Positions 1-10,333 of a DNA stretch of 64,000 bases are shown in pieces (positions within the stretch are counted from its first letter, which is position 1; each line of letters begins with the position of its first letter). Location: assembly GCA_049966015.1 (NCBI GenBank), contig JBMFVL010000001.1:6000-69999 (forward strand), read 5' to 3'. Position numbers and translations under genes: made by a program. Under the pieces are notes generated by a model. The model worked only from the letters and a program-made list of their open reading frames with translations. It did no database searches and was not told the origin of the DNA. Source of the DNA: Thermoplasmata archaeon (GTDB lineage: Archaea > Thermoplasmatota > Thermoplasmata > Lutacidiplasmatales > JAMCUS01).

Positions 1-1
1 C

Positions 2-847
2 ATTGATCCGTTGGGGGAATTTACAGACATAGTAAATAAATTAGGGGGGGAAGTAGTGTATTTGAACACTGAAAAAGGCATAATTAATCCACTAGACCCT
101 AGAACTTCTTGGGGGGATATACATGAAAAAATAATACAAGTTAAAACTCTTTTAAAAACCATTTTTTCCTCACTCAATGATGAAGATTTAAGCAGTTTGG
201 ATAAAGTTTTATTTAATTTGTATAACAAATACAAAGAGCCTACTTTTTCTGATTTGCTTAGCATACTTAAAAATGAAGATATTAAATTGAAAAAAATTTT
301 ATCTACTTTCACTGAAGGATCTTTAGCTAAAAACAATTCACATACTTCAGTTTCTATAAACAAAAATCTAATTTCATTTTCACTTAAAAATATAAATCCT
401 GAGTTATTTTCTTTTTATATCACATTATCATTGAATTTTATATATGGTGTCATAAAAAAAACAAAAGGAAATAAAATTATTATAATTGATGAGGCACATT
501 ATATGCTAATAAATGATAGCACAAGCTGGTTTATGGAATATATGTCTAGGCATGTAAGGCATTATATGTGTGGCATTACCTTTGTTTCACAAAATGCAGA
601 AGATTTTCTATCTAATCATTATGGAAAAACAATTATTAACAATTCCTACATACAACTATTGTTTAGGCATGAGACTGTTAGCGAAAAAATGATTGACTTT
701 TATGGCCTTACATCAAACGACCAGAAATACATTTTGGAATCCAGAGGTGGAAAAAAGGATTCTTATTCAGAAGCTTTGATGAAAATAGGAACAGAGAGGA
801 TACCACTCCGGATTATTTCTACACCTATGGAACAGGAATTAGGTTAA
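2..847 (+). CDS. C-terminal part of an AAA-like ATPase of the VirB4/TrbE/HerA (DUF87) superfamily; the gene runs off the 5' window edge
   Basis: The reading frame is open from the window start. It contains a Walker B-like IIIIDEAHYML motif and a downstream ITFVSQNAEDF motif, typical of the C-terminal halves of conjugative or HerA-type ATPases. The start codon is not in the window. Confidence 0.4.
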   Translation: MDPLGEFTDIVNKLGGEVVYLNTEKGIINPLDPRTSWGDIHEKIIQVKTLLKTIFSSLNDEDLSSLDKVLFNLYNKYKEPTFSDLLSILKNEDIKLKKILSTFTEGSLAKNNSHTSVSINKNLISFSLKNINPELFSFYITLSLNFIYGVIKKTKGNKIIIIDEAHYMLINDSTSWFMEYMSRHVRHYMCGITFVSQNAEDFLSNHYGKTIINNSYIQLLFRHETVSEKMIDFYGLTSNDQKYILESRGGKKDSYSEALMKIGTERIPLRIISTPMEQELG

Positions 848-1743
848 ACATTCAACTCTATTTTAGTACCGCTTGTTGCATCAATTAATTTTTCACTCTT
901 ATCAGTTACAAATAACCACCTTGGAACCAGCAAACTCCCGATAAATTCAATATAAATATCTTCTTTCCTAACCTTTTCCTCATTTATTTTGTCTAGTATT
1001 AAATCGTATATACGATCCAACTTATATATTATTTTTAATATATTCAATACATCTATTTCTATATCTTCAATAATCGAGGAATCTTCGCTTGTTATAGGTG
1101 TTTTTGGGCTTTCTATAGTACCACTTCGTGCTTCTACTAAAAGTATCCCGCTTTTGTTTGGACCATTATAAGAAGGAGTATTGATCGTATACCTTAATTC
1201 TACATATTCATAGTAGGTTAGTTTAGATTCTACAACATTGCTTATACCATTATTCTTTTTTGCAGCTTCTTCATCAATCATTATTTTAACTTGGTATTGC
1301 TTTATTTTAATAGTGTGTGGATTTTCAGATTCGACTATAGGTACAAGTTTTAAAGAATATTTAGGATTGGTTGCCTTTTCTAAATCATCTACTTTGGATA
1401 CGGAACCTGTTAGTACATTACCTGTTTCAGTTTTGGCAGGTTGTACCTCTTTTGAATTGTCTTGGGATTGCTGTATGTGCAATTTTACTATATTATCTTT
1501 TTGTTTTTGAAGTAAACTGTTTGTGATAGTATTTAACAAAGAGATATCTCTTGAAACAATGCACAGTAGAGAATATTTATAAAATTTTTCATCATTTTTG
1601 ATAAAATCTAATAATTTTACACCTTCATATATATTTGTTATGTTGCATATGCCGTATTTTCCACCTTCAATGTATATATTATAAATTTCAGGAAATGGTT
1701 CATTGTTTTCTTTATTCGTTTGGTTATCCAATTCATCTGTCAT
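844..1743 (-). CDS. Hypothetical protein (299 aa), convergent with the ATPase fragment
   Basis: Long ORF with an acidic, Lys/Glu-rich sequence and no recognisable motifs. Confidence 0.35.
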   Translation of the reverse strand: MTDELDNQTNKENNEPFPEIYNIYIEGGKYGICNITNIYEGVKLLDFIKNDEKFYKYSLLCIVSRDISLLNTITNSLLQKQKDNIVKLHIQQSQDNSKEVQPAKTETGNVLTGSVSKVDDLEKATNPKYSLKLVPIVESENPHTIKIKQYQVKIMIDEEAAKKNNGISNVVESKLTYYEYVELRYTINTPSYNGPNKSGILLVEARSGTIESPKTPITSEDSSIIEDIEIDVLNILKIIYKLDRIYDLILDKINEEKVRKEDIYIEFIGSLLVPRWLFVTDKSEKLIDATSGTKIELNV

Positions 1744-1869
1744 ACATTATGCTTACATATTAAATTGTATTTAATTTTATCTATAGGTTTTTTCAATGTA
1801 TTTTTTCACAAATACATTTTCAGCAAACATATATATTGATAATTTCACATTCTTATAAATGTGATCTAA

Positions 1870-3147
1870 ATGAAGACAAGCAATATAAATAAATTTTATG
1901 AGCTATCTAGAGAAGATAGGATAAAAGCATTGCAAGAGTTTGCAGACCTTAACGGAGAGGACATTGCTTTGTTGAAAAATACAGGAGCCATAGATTTTAA
2001 TATAATAGATCATATGATTGAAAATGCTATTTCTGTTTTTCCTTTGCCCCTTGGTATTGCAACCAATTTTTTGATTAATGGAAAAGAAAAATTAATACCA
2101 ATGGCGATAGAAGAGACCTCTGTAGTGGCTGCTGCTTCACATGCAGCTAAAATAGCCAGGGAGATGGGTGGATTTAGAGCGGTATCAGGACCTCAACACA
2201 TGATAGGGCAGATTCAATTAACAAATGTTTTGAACCCTAATAATGCAAAAATAAAGATATACGAACATAAAGAGGAATTGATTAAAATAGCGGCTGAGAA
2301 GGACCAGCTTTTAAAGAAACTAGGAGGGGGTCCTGTTGATATTGATGTGAGGATTTTAGATAAAAATATGCTTGTGGTTCATATAATAGTCAATACCCTT
2401 GATGCAATGGGCGCAAATACAGTCAATACGATGGCAGAGGCCATTGCTCCAGTAATAAGTGATATTACAGGGGGAAAAATAAATCTGAAGATTATTTCAA
2501 ATTTAGCAGTATATCGGTTAGTACGTGCCTATGCAACGTTTAACAAGGACAAGTTGTCTAGAGGGGGTTATTCAGGAGAGGAAGTGGTTGATCGCATTAT
2601 AGATGCATATAGATTTGCCTATACGGACCCTTTCAGGTGCGCTACACATAACAAGGGCATTATGAATGGAATAAGTGCTGTTGTTATTGCAACCGGAAAT
2701 GATTTCAGGGCCATAGAAGCTGGTGCTCATGCGTATGCATCTTACACTGGATCATACAAGCCACTTACATCTTACGAGAAAGATGAGGATGGCAATTTAG
2801 TAGGTAGCATAGAACTCCCAATGGCTGTTGGCATTGTTGGTGGTGCTGTCTCTGTCCATCCTGTTGCTAAGTTATGTAAAAAAATACTTGATGTTAAGAC
2901 TGCAGCAGAACTTCAGGGAATTATTGCTTCAGTGGGATTGGCACAGAATTTTGCAGCACTTTATGCACTTACCACAGAAGGTATTCAGAAAGGCCATATG
3001 AGACTTCATGCTAGAAACATAGCCGTTTCAGTGGGTGCTGTAGGTGATGAGATAGACATCATAGCAAAGAAGATAACATCAGAAAATAATATTACCATGC
3101 CTAGAGCAAAAGAAATATTAGATGAATTGCATAAAAAAACAGATTGA
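1870..3147 (+). CDS. hmgA: 3-hydroxy-3-methylglutaryl-CoA reductase, class II (NAD(P)H)
   Basis: The 425-aa protein carries class II HMGR signatures (EETSVVAAASHAAK, DAMGAN, GTVGG-like VGIVGG) and has the Pseudomonas mevalonii/Thermoplasma-type length. Confidence 0.85.
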   Translation: MKTSNINKFYELSREDRIKALQEFADLNGEDIALLKNTGAIDFNIIDHMIENAISVFPLPLGIATNFLINGKEKLIPMAIEETSVVAAASHAAKIAREMGGFRAVSGPQHMIGQIQLTNVLNPNNAKIKIYEHKEELIKIAAEKDQLLKKLGGGPVDIDVRILDKNMLVVHIIVNTLDAMGANTVNTMAEAIAPVISDITGGKINLKIISNLAVYRLVRAYATFNKDKLSRGGYSGEEVVDRIIDAYRFAYTDPFRCATHNKGIMNGISAVVIATGNDFRAIEAGAHAYASYTGSYKPLTSYEKDEDGNLVGSIELPMAVGIVGGAVSVHPVAKLCKKILDVKTAAELQGIIASVGLAQNFAALYALTTEGIQKGHMRLHARNIAVSVGAVGDEIDIIAKKITSENNITMPRAKEILDELHKKTD

Positions 3148-3150
3148 AAA

Positions 3151-4056
3151 TCAATTATTAACCTTTTTTTTAAATACAAGCTTCATTCCACAATAGGGGC
3201 AATACTGGTAATTTTCATATACAATATTCCTGCAAGATGTGCATATATATGGTTCTAATTTATTTTCTGGCTTATTATTAATCTGTTTTGTTTCTTGGGA
3301 TATAGGCTTGTTGTTAGGGGAGATATTGCTAGGCAGTAGATTTGTCTGAACATTATTTGTATTTTGGTTTGATATTTGCTGTGTTGGCAAAGATTGCTGG
3401 GATTGTATTTTTTGTAATGGTTGTTGGGGTATTGATGTTTGTTGTATAGCTTGTTTAGTTGTATTTGGTATTTGCTGATTAGGGCTGTAAAAAGGCATGT
3501 TGTTATATTGATTATATTGAGTGCCTTGTTGCTGTAAAACATTTTGAGGAGGAACTTCTTGAGCAGGCTGTTTTATATTTTGTTGTATAGAATATTGTTG
3601 CTGTGGTTGTTGAGTGCTTGGTACATTATCTGTCAATTGGGAAAATATATCCTTGCTTGTGAGATTGCTTTTATTAATATTGTTGCTATCATGATATTCC
3701 AATTTCTTTTTTACCATATAGGCTAGTACACCAGGTAAAACAAGAGTAGAAAGAGTTGATAAAAGCAGGAAAGGAGTATTTATTAAAAACACCGCATTTT
3801 TGTAATCACTCGCTTTTATTAAATCAGATATCTGGCTTAGCAAATAGAAAGTGTAAGCTGCTGAAACAATGGGGAGGAACATTACGAATAGTATTAAATC
3901 ATATTGCAATGAAAAATTATTAAATAACAAAGAGGATCGAAAGAAAATATAAATGTATAAAAACATGGCAACTATTGAAACAACCATTGCAATATATATC
4001 GACATATTTTTTTGGGGTGAGATATTTTTTATATTTATGTTTTGTTCGTTCATCAT
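3151..4056 (-). CDS. Membrane protein with a long Gln/Asn/Pro-rich low-complexity region and a C-terminal CxxC...CxxC zinc ribbon
   Basis: Two or three hydrophobic helices at the N-terminus, then about 130 aa of Q/N-rich sequence (QQPQQQYSIQQN...), then CTSCRNIVYENYQYCPYCG at the C-terminus. Confidence 0.45.
   Translation of the reverse strand: MMNEQNINIKNISPQKNMSIYIAMVVSIVAMFLYIYIFFRSSLLFNNFSLQYDLILFVMFLPIVSAAYTFYLLSQISDLIKASDYKNAVFLINTPFLLLSTLSTLVLPGVLAYMVKKKLEYHDSNNINKSNLTSKDIFSQLTDNVPSTQQPQQQYSIQQNIKQPAQEVPPQNVLQQQGTQYNQYNNMPFYSPNQQIPNTTKQAIQQTSIPQQPLQKIQSQQSLPTQQISNQNTNNVQTNLLPSNISPNNKPISQETKQINNKPENKLEPYICTSCRNIVYENYQYCPYCGMKLVFKKKVNN
3164..3171. terminator. Oligo-T tract between convergent genes (hmgA + / Q-rich membrane protein -)
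   Basis: A T8 run lies 17 bp after the hmgA stop codon. Archaeal termination commonly occurs at oligo-T. Confidence 0.3.
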
Positions 4057-4183
4057 TAAATCCTATATGCAATAACAACTATTCTAATTTTTCTTTTTGG
4101 TTTTAGGTGCTATCACAAAATATTAATAAATATTTAATTAGATGTTGATAAAAATCACATGGAAAAACTTATTTGTTTTTATC

Positions 4184-4903
4184 TTATTTGTTTTTATCAA
4201 CCATTTTTTCAGCTCTTTTTATAATACCCAACAAAACTTCATTATCTTCTTCTGTGGGCCATGAAGATATCAATATTTTCCTGACATGCAAGAGCACTTT
4301 TTTTCTTCTGTTCACGGGATAATCTATTTTTTCCATCAAGTTTTCTATTTCCTGAACTAATATTCTATAGATCTTTCCATTCATTTTTTCATTTGGTACT
4401 GGAAGATCTTTTTTCATATAATTGGCCATGTACAGTTCATACAAAACTATTCCAACAGCATGTGATAGATTCATTACACCATAGGTAGGGTTGGTAGGAA
4501 TTGTTACTGTGAAATCGCACATGTTGAGCTCTTCATTTGTTAACCCGTTATCTTCAGTACCAAACAAGATAGCACCTGTTCCTTTTCTTAAAGAACTCAT
4601 ATATGCCAGTGTTCTTGGGGATATGGCACTCCTTAATATGTTCCTTTTGCTTTTGCTATTTACACCAGTTGTGCCTATTACAACATCTGAATTTGATATC
4701 GCTTCTTCTATACTATCTACGTATTTTGCTTTTTCTAATACTGGATATGCATGCATAGCACGTTTTCTAGCTTCTAAACCTATTTCTGTAAGAGGGGAGA
4801 CAATAACCATATTGGTAAAGCCAAAATTCATCATCACTCTTGCTATGGCTCCAATATTACCTTCGTATTTTGGCTTTACGATCACTACTTTGTATTTTAG
4901 CAT
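4184..4903 (-). CDS. SpoU/TrmH-family RNA 2'-O-methyltransferase (TrmJ-like)
   Basis: SPOUT N-terminus KYEGNIGAIARVMMNFG with a C-terminal trefoil-knot region; 239 aa. Confidence 0.65.
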   Translation of the reverse strand: MLKYKVVIVKPKYEGNIGAIARVMMNFGFTNMVIVSPLTEIGLEARKRAMHAYPVLEKAKYVDSIEEAISNSDVVIGTTGVNSKSKRNILRSAISPRTLAYMSSLRKGTGAILFGTEDNGLTNEELNMCDFTVTIPTNPTYGVMNLSHAVGIVLYELYMANYMKKDLPVPNEKMNGKIYRILVQEIENLMEKIDYPVNRRKKVLLHVRKILISSWPTEEDNEVLLGIIKRAEKMVDKNK

Positions 4904-4913
4904 GTTTATCCAC

Positions 4914-5876
4914 TTATGAAAATAAATGTTCTATTACCCAGTCAGCATTGTAGGGTATTAATTCTTCGTATTTTTGACCAGTTCCTAAAAAGTAAATTGG
5001 CTTCTGAAGGGCATATGCCACAGATAGTATTGATCCTCCTTTTATATCAACATCAACTTTTGTTAATATAGTACCTGATACCGGTACTGCTTCGTTAAAC
5101 TCTTTTACTTGATTGACTATATCATTCCCATTCAAGGAATCCCCTACCCATATGATAAGAGAAGGCTTTACAATTCTGTTGATTTTTTTCATTTCTTCCA
5201 TTAAATTAACATTTGTTTGCATTCTTCCAGCTGTGTCTATCAAAACAACCTCTTTTCCTTTTGATTTGGCATGCTCTACTGCATCATAAGCAACTGCAGA
5301 AGGGTCTGCTCCTGCACTGTGCTTTATAACCTTTATTCCTAATTTGTCAGCATGTATAGATATCTGCTCAATTGCACCGGCTCTGAATGTATCCCCTGCA
5401 GCAATGACACTCTGATAACCCTTATTTTTTAACATGTATGCAATTTTGGCTATAGTGGTTGTTTTTCCAGAACCGTTTATGCCTACAAACATAATAACAA
5501 CTGGTTTTGGATATTTTTCAATTTCTTTGAAAAAATCCATTTCACATTTTTTCAAAGAATTTCTTATGGATTCCTTAAATACTAACTCTACGACTTTTTC
5601 CCTATCCTTACCTATACCTATACGTTTGCCTTCTAAATCAGATTTTATATTGTTCTTAAAAGCTTCTACTGCATCCAATGCAACATCTGATTCTAAAAGT
5701 TCAACTTCAATATCTTCAAGAGCATTTTCAATAACTTTACCACTAATTTTAAAACCGATTTTGCTGGTATTAATGTCTACTGATTCTGACAAAGATTCTT
5801 TTTTTTCCTCTTCAGTCTCTTCTTTTATAATAATATCTTTTAATTTTTTCAACCCATTTTTTAATTTTTCAAACAT
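4914..5876 (-). CDS. ftsY: Signal recognition particle receptor FtsY
   Basis: SRP-GTPase motifs GINGSGKTTT, DTAGR and TKVD. Confidence 0.85.
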   Translation of the reverse strand: MFEKLKNGLKKLKDIIIKEETEEEKKESLSESVDINTSKIGFKISGKVIENALEDIEVELLESDVALDAVEAFKNNIKSDLEGKRIGIGKDREKVVELVFKESIRNSLKKCEMDFFKEIEKYPKPVVIMFVGINGSGKTTTIAKIAYMLKNKGYQSVIAAGDTFRAGAIEQISIHADKLGIKVIKHSAGADPSAVAYDAVEHAKSKGKEVVLIDTAGRMQTNVNLMEEMKKINRIVKPSLIIWVGDSLNGNDIVNQVKEFNEAVPVSGTILTKVDVDIKGGSILSVAYALQKPIYFLGTGQKYEELIPYNADWVIEHLFS

Positions 5877-6312
5877 TTGGTTTCCTCTGTGCCGATATCG
5901 TCCTCACAAGGGAATCTATTTCATTGTACCTTGCTTGCATTTCCTCATATCTTTTTTGTTCTGCCTCTTTTTTTGTTTTTAATTTAGATAATCTATCATC
6001 AATTAATTTATATGCCTTTTCAGGAGATGTTTCTACATAAATACCATTTCCTGTGCCCATTACTACTTTTGTAAGGTCTGTTACAGCAGTATGTACATAA
6101 ATGTCACCGCCTAATGGGAATAGAGACTCATCTAAGGGGTATTTTTCATTCATTTTTGATAGAAATTCTATCGCGTTCGTATTTTCCTCTATTAAATTAT
6201 CAAAAAGCTGAATTTCATCTTTCAATACTAACAATGCCTTACCCAGTTCATCAAGTTCTAGCAATAGTTTGTTCCACTCATTTTGGGTTATTTTAATTTC
6301 ATTTTGGTTCAT
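5869..6312 (-). CDS. pfdA: Prefoldin alpha subunit
   Basis: 147-aa coiled-coil protein with the characteristic central beta-hairpin region. It overlaps ftsY by 8 bp, the conserved archaeal pfdA-ftsY arrangement. Confidence 0.7.
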   Translation of the reverse strand: MNQNEIKITQNEWNKLLLELDELGKALLVLKDEIQLFDNLIEENTNAIEFLSKMNEKYPLDESLFPLGGDIYVHTAVTDLTKVVMGTGNGIYVETSPEKAYKLIDDRLSKLKTKKEAEQKRYEEMQARYNEIDSLVRTISAQRKPNV

Positions 6313-6501
6313 GTTATATCACATACTAACATACTATTACACATGAATATATATTTTTTCAGTTTTAAATGCTTATTGAGATTAAGTGGAAACCCATGAA
6401 AGATTTTATTATTTTTGTATGGTTTATAGAGATTGGTAATTACTAAAAACAATCATGCATTTTTGCTATAATAATAAATATTTATTAACATTCTAATAAA
6501 T

Positions 6502-7272
6502 ATGCTTTCACTTTGTTTTACTACGTACAATGTATCTCATATTGTAGGAGAATCCATGGAAAGTATCATTTCACCATTGATTAAATCTAGATATGAATTT
6601 GAGCTTTCTATAGTAGATAATTTGAGTACAGATAATACAGTACAGATCATTAAAAAAATACAGGAAAAATACAAAATAAAGGTTAACATTTATTCAAAAA
6701 AATGTATAAGAGGGGTTGGAAGGCAGGAAGCAGTTAATAGGGCTAATGGGGATTATGTAATCATAGGCATGGACCTAGACCAGATCTATTCAGATGATTG
6801 GATTGTTTACATTGATGAATTTTTCAAGGATCCTTTTTCCCCTTTATTTGCCATTCCAGATATGGCATGGGCCTCATATTTTGCAATAATGCCTAAAGAT
6901 TTGGCATTGAAAAATCCCATGCTTCCTGTCAATATAGCAGAAGATTTAGAATATAAAGAAAGGATTTATAAAAAAGCTAAATGCAGGGAAATGCATGGAA
7001 ATTTTGTTTTGAAGCATATACATGGAAAAATGCATAAACATTTACTCAATAGGTTGAGAAACCTTTTCTATGACTTGAGGGACCATATAGTTTTGGGATA
7101 TGGCCCGTTGACAATTATAGCAGATAGGCTTTTTATTGAAAAAAGGAACCCGTTATATATAGCATTGTACGTCTTTTTTATGCCATATGCAATGTTAAGT
7201 GCTTTAACTTTTTATAGATTGGATTATGAAAGGATATTTACTGGGGGATGGTATAGAAAAAAAAATAAATAG
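6502..7272 (+). CDS. Family 2 glycosyltransferase
   Basis: GT2 N-terminal pattern (TTYNVS ... ELSIVDNLSTDNT ... GDYVIIGMDLD). Confidence 0.55.
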   Translation: MLSLCFTTYNVSHIVGESMESIISPLIKSRYEFELSIVDNLSTDNTVQIIKKIQEKYKIKVNIYSKKCIRGVGRQEAVNRANGDYVIIGMDLDQIYSDDWIVYIDEFFKDPFSPLFAIPDMAWASYFAIMPKDLALKNPMLPVNIAEDLEYKERIYKKAKCREMHGNFVLKHIHGKMHKHLLNRLRNLFYDLRDHIVLGYGPLTIIADRLFIEKRNPLYIALYVFFMPYAMLSALTFYRLDYERIFTGGWYRKKNK

Positions 7273-7278
7273 AAAAAT

Positions 7279-8205
7279 TCATGCTTTTTGGGCTGCCATA
7301 TTGGCTGCCTTATTGATTTCCAGTAAGATTTTTGTTCTTTGCGTTTCTTCTTCGTGTATTTTTACCATTGCCTTTATTGATAAAACATAGCTAGCAGAGG
7401 TTATATCAGTTAAATTAACGGAAGGTTTTAAAATACCCTCCATTTCTGAAATCTTTTCTATGATCTTTTCCATTACATTTTCAATATTCATTTTTTTATC
7501 TACTTCATACCGTATTTTTATATAGCTGTGTTTTTCCTGGCTGTGATTAATAATTAAAGATTGTATGAATATGCTTGTTGGAATGAAAATTTGTTTGTTT
7601 TCTTCGTTTCTTAATACTACGTATATGTAGGATATATCCTCTATTGTCCCTGTATAACCAGGAGTAACGAAGTCTTGTGAATAAAATTTAGGGGAATAAG
7701 TAGGAGCAATTAAAGAATATTGCCATGTAACAAAGGTAATTTTATCACCAATTTTTAGATTTTTTACAAATAATATAATAAACCCTGCAAAAAGGTTAGA
7801 TAATACCGTTTGTGCTGCTAGCCCTATTACAATACCGGCAAATGCACCGCCTAGAACCAAACCAGATAAATCGATTTTTAACACGTAGAATATGATTATA
7901 AAAAGCAAGAAATATGCAATAACTTGAAAAACAAATTTAATTGACACAACCTCATGTTTCTTTAAAGAGCTCGATATCGTTTCCATTATTATTCCGATAA
8001 TATAGTTTATTACAAAATAACCTACCACAAAAATGATTATGGCAACTATGTATGTATTGATCTGGGAATATAATTTGCTAGTAACAGAAGATTTTTGTAA
8101 AATAAATACTGTCCCGAAAATTATGATAATACCAGCTATAAGAGCTAATAATCCGTACAATAACGTTGTTACGGTTCTTCTTGCTTTAACAATATTATTA
8201 CTCAT
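7279..8205 (-). CDS. Small-conductance mechanosensitive channel (MscS family)
   Basis: Three N-terminal TM helices followed by an MscS beta domain (IGDKITF ... GTIEDISYIYVVLRN). Confidence 0.7.
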   Translation of the reverse strand: MSNNIVKARRTVTTLLYGLLALIAGIIIIFGTVFILQKSSVTSKLYSQINTYIVAIIIFVVGYFVINYIIGIIMETISSSLKKHEVVSIKFVFQVIAYFLLFIIIFYVLKIDLSGLVLGGAFAGIVIGLAAQTVLSNLFAGFIILFVKNLKIGDKITFVTWQYSLIAPTYSPKFYSQDFVTPGYTGTIEDISYIYVVLRNEENKQIFIPTSIFIQSLIINHSQEKHSYIKIRYEVDKKMNIENVMEKIIEKISEMEGILKPSVNLTDITSASYVLSIKAMVKIHEEETQRTKILLEINKAANMAAQKA

Positions 8206-8226
8206 TTTTAATAAAAATTAAAAGGT

Positions 8227-9546
8227 TTATAGAATTCTTGAAATTTCTTTTTTCAATAATTCACCAGATTTGTCGTCCATTGCATACCTTACTCTCAATA
8301 TTGGTTTATTTACATGCACAATCTGGGATAGATTTATAGGCGTACCGGATATTACAACATCTGCATTTATCTTGTTTATGGTATCTTCTAGCTCTTGTAT
8401 TTGCTTTTTACTGTATCCCATAGCCGGCAATATTCCGCTTCCTATCAAGTGTGTATATTTTTTATAAACCTCTGCAATGCTTCCTACTGCGTATGGAACT
8501 GGATCAACAATACTCTTTACACCAAACTGTTTGGCAGCCAATGAAGCCGCGCCAAGTTTCATGCCACCATGGGTAACAGTGGGACCATCTTCCACTATTA
8601 TTGCATTTTTTCCTTTTGCCCCTTCTGAATTTTCCATGGTTATTAAAGACTGCGCTTCAATTACCTTTGCTTTAGGGTTAACTTCTTTCAGGTTGTTCTT
8701 AATAATATCTACGTCACTTTTGTTTGCTGTATTTACCTTATTTATTACTACAATATCTGCCATCCTGAAATTTGTTTCACCTGGATGATATTTTAGTTCG
8801 TGTCCGGCTCTGAACGGGTCTGCCACTACTATGTGCAAGTTTGGTTTGAAAAAGGGAATGTCATTGTTACCACCATCCCATAATATCACATCTGCTTCTT
8901 TTTCCGCTGCTCTTAGGATTTTTTCATAATCTACACCAGCATAAACAACTGTTTTATTTTCAAGATGGTGCTCATATTCTTCCCTTTCCTCTATTGTGCA
9001 CTTGAATTTATCCAAATCTTCAAACGTACTGAATCTTTCAACTGCTTGCTCTACCAGGTTTCCATATGGCATTGGATGCCTTACGACTACAACTTTTTTG
9101 TTCATTGCCCTTAACAGCTGTGCAATCATCCTTGTTGTCTGGCTTTTCCCACTCCCTGTCCTTACTGCACACACTGCTATGACAGGAACTTTAGAAGGCA
9201 GCATAACCTGGCTTGGTGAAAGCATCTTAAAAGACGCACCGTTTGCCAGGGCAATAGATGCACGGTTCATTACGTATTCGTGTGGAACATCGCTATATGA
9301 AAATACAACCTCATCTACCTTATATTTTTTTATCAGGTCAGGCAATTCGTTTTCTGGGTATATTTTAATGCCATTTGGATACATTGGACCGGCCAATTCT
9401 GGTGGATATACCCTGCCTTCTATGTTTGGTATCTGGGTTGCTGTAAATGCAACTACCTCATATTCGTTGTTATTTCTAAAAAAGGTATTAAAATCATGAA
9501 AATCTCTTCCTGCTGCACCCATTATTATTACTTTTTTCTTCACCAT
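8227..9546 (-). CDS. COG2403-family P-loop protein (cyclic 2,3-diphosphoglycerate synthetase-like)
   Basis: N-terminal Rossmann-like segment (KVIIMGAAGRD) and an internal P-loop (VRTGSGKSQTT). The roughly 440-aa size matches cDPGS-like proteins. The upstream Met at 9591 is an alternative start. Confidence 0.45.
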   Translation of the reverse strand: MVKKKVIIMGAAGRDFHDFNTFFRNNNEYEVVAFTATQIPNIEGRVYPPELAGPMYPNGIKIYPENELPDLIKKYKVDEVVFSYSDVPHEYVMNRASIALANGASFKMLSPSQVMLPSKVPVIAVCAVRTGSGKSQTTRMIAQLLRAMNKKVVVVRHPMPYGNLVEQAVERFSTFEDLDKFKCTIEEREEYEHHLENKTVVYAGVDYEKILRAAEKEADVILWDGGNNDIPFFKPNLHIVVADPFRAGHELKYHPGETNFRMADIVVINKVNTANKSDVDIIKNNLKEVNPKAKVIEAQSLITMENSEGAKGKNAIIVEDGPTVTHGGMKLGAASLAAKQFGVKSIVDPVPYAVGSIAEVYKKYTHLIGSGILPAMGYSKKQIQELEDTINKINADVVISGTPINLSQIVHVNKPILRVRYAMDDKSGELLKKEISRIL

Positions 9547-9697
9547 ATAAACACACCTACTCTTTTGCAGAGTATAAAGCGTAAAACTCAATTTAAATTT
9601 TTCCTATGATTTTAAGTATGTAATTTTTTTAAAACAATGTCCATTTTTAGTAAATTTATGCTTTTTATTGATTTTATATAATATACTTGAACAAATA

Positions 9698-10333
9698 TCA
9701 ATTACTAGTGAATAGATAATTACCTTTCATTTCAATGCACTTTTTTATTTTGCCTTTTATTTCTTTGGAGAGTTTATCAGTTTTTTTCAATATTGCAGGA
9801 TACCCTTTTTTAGATAGTTCTATAATATTTTCTAAATCCACTTTGTTTCCTATGCTATAAATATATTTACCATTTTCAACACCTATTATTTCATCTCCAT
9901 CATATAAATAGGAAATGCCTTTTTCTGCTCTTATATTTCCAATTAATTTTGATTTGGCTATTCCTATGGCAGGAGTATCAAGCAACACACCTATTACTGT
10001 TGCAATTCCAGCCCTTCTAGGATGTGCTATGCCCTGACCATCTACTAGTATAAAATCAGGCTTAAAAGGTCTTAAGGCTCTCAACATAGCAGGGGCTTCT
10101 CTTGCAAATAAATATCCAGGTATATATGGTAAGGGGTTGGAGGATAATGCTACGTTATACCTTGAAATTTTTTTTGATTTGTCTATGAATAATGCAATGC
10201 CTATAGCGTAGTTGTGCGTATAGGAAACATCAACGGCTGCAACTTTGCTTATTGCTTCAAGTTTTAAATTTGATATTACAATATTTTTAGAAATTAGCTC
10301 CTGTATTTTTTTATAAAAATACATATTATACAT
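9698..10333 (-). CDS. nfi: Endonuclease V (deoxyinosine 3' endonuclease)
   Basis: Conserved blocks AAVDVSY, PYIPGYLFAREAP and LVDGQGIAHPRRAGIA. Confidence 0.85.
   Translation of the reverse strand: MYNMYFYKKIQELISKNIVISNLKLEAISKVAAVDVSYTHNYAIGIALFIDKSKKISRYNVALSSNPLPYIPGYLFAREAPAMLRALRPFKPDFILVDGQGIAHPRRAGIATVIGVLLDTPAIGIAKSKLIGNIRAEKGISYLYDGDEIIGVENGKYIYSIGNKVDLENIIELSKKGYPAILKKTDKLSKEIKGKIKKCIEMKGNYLFTSN

Noticed and set aside
3255-3726. Two small ORFs (95 aa -, 60 aa +) inside the Q-rich membrane protein gene
   Set aside because: Alternative-frame or antisense products of the low-complexity CAA/CAG-rich region, not independent genes.
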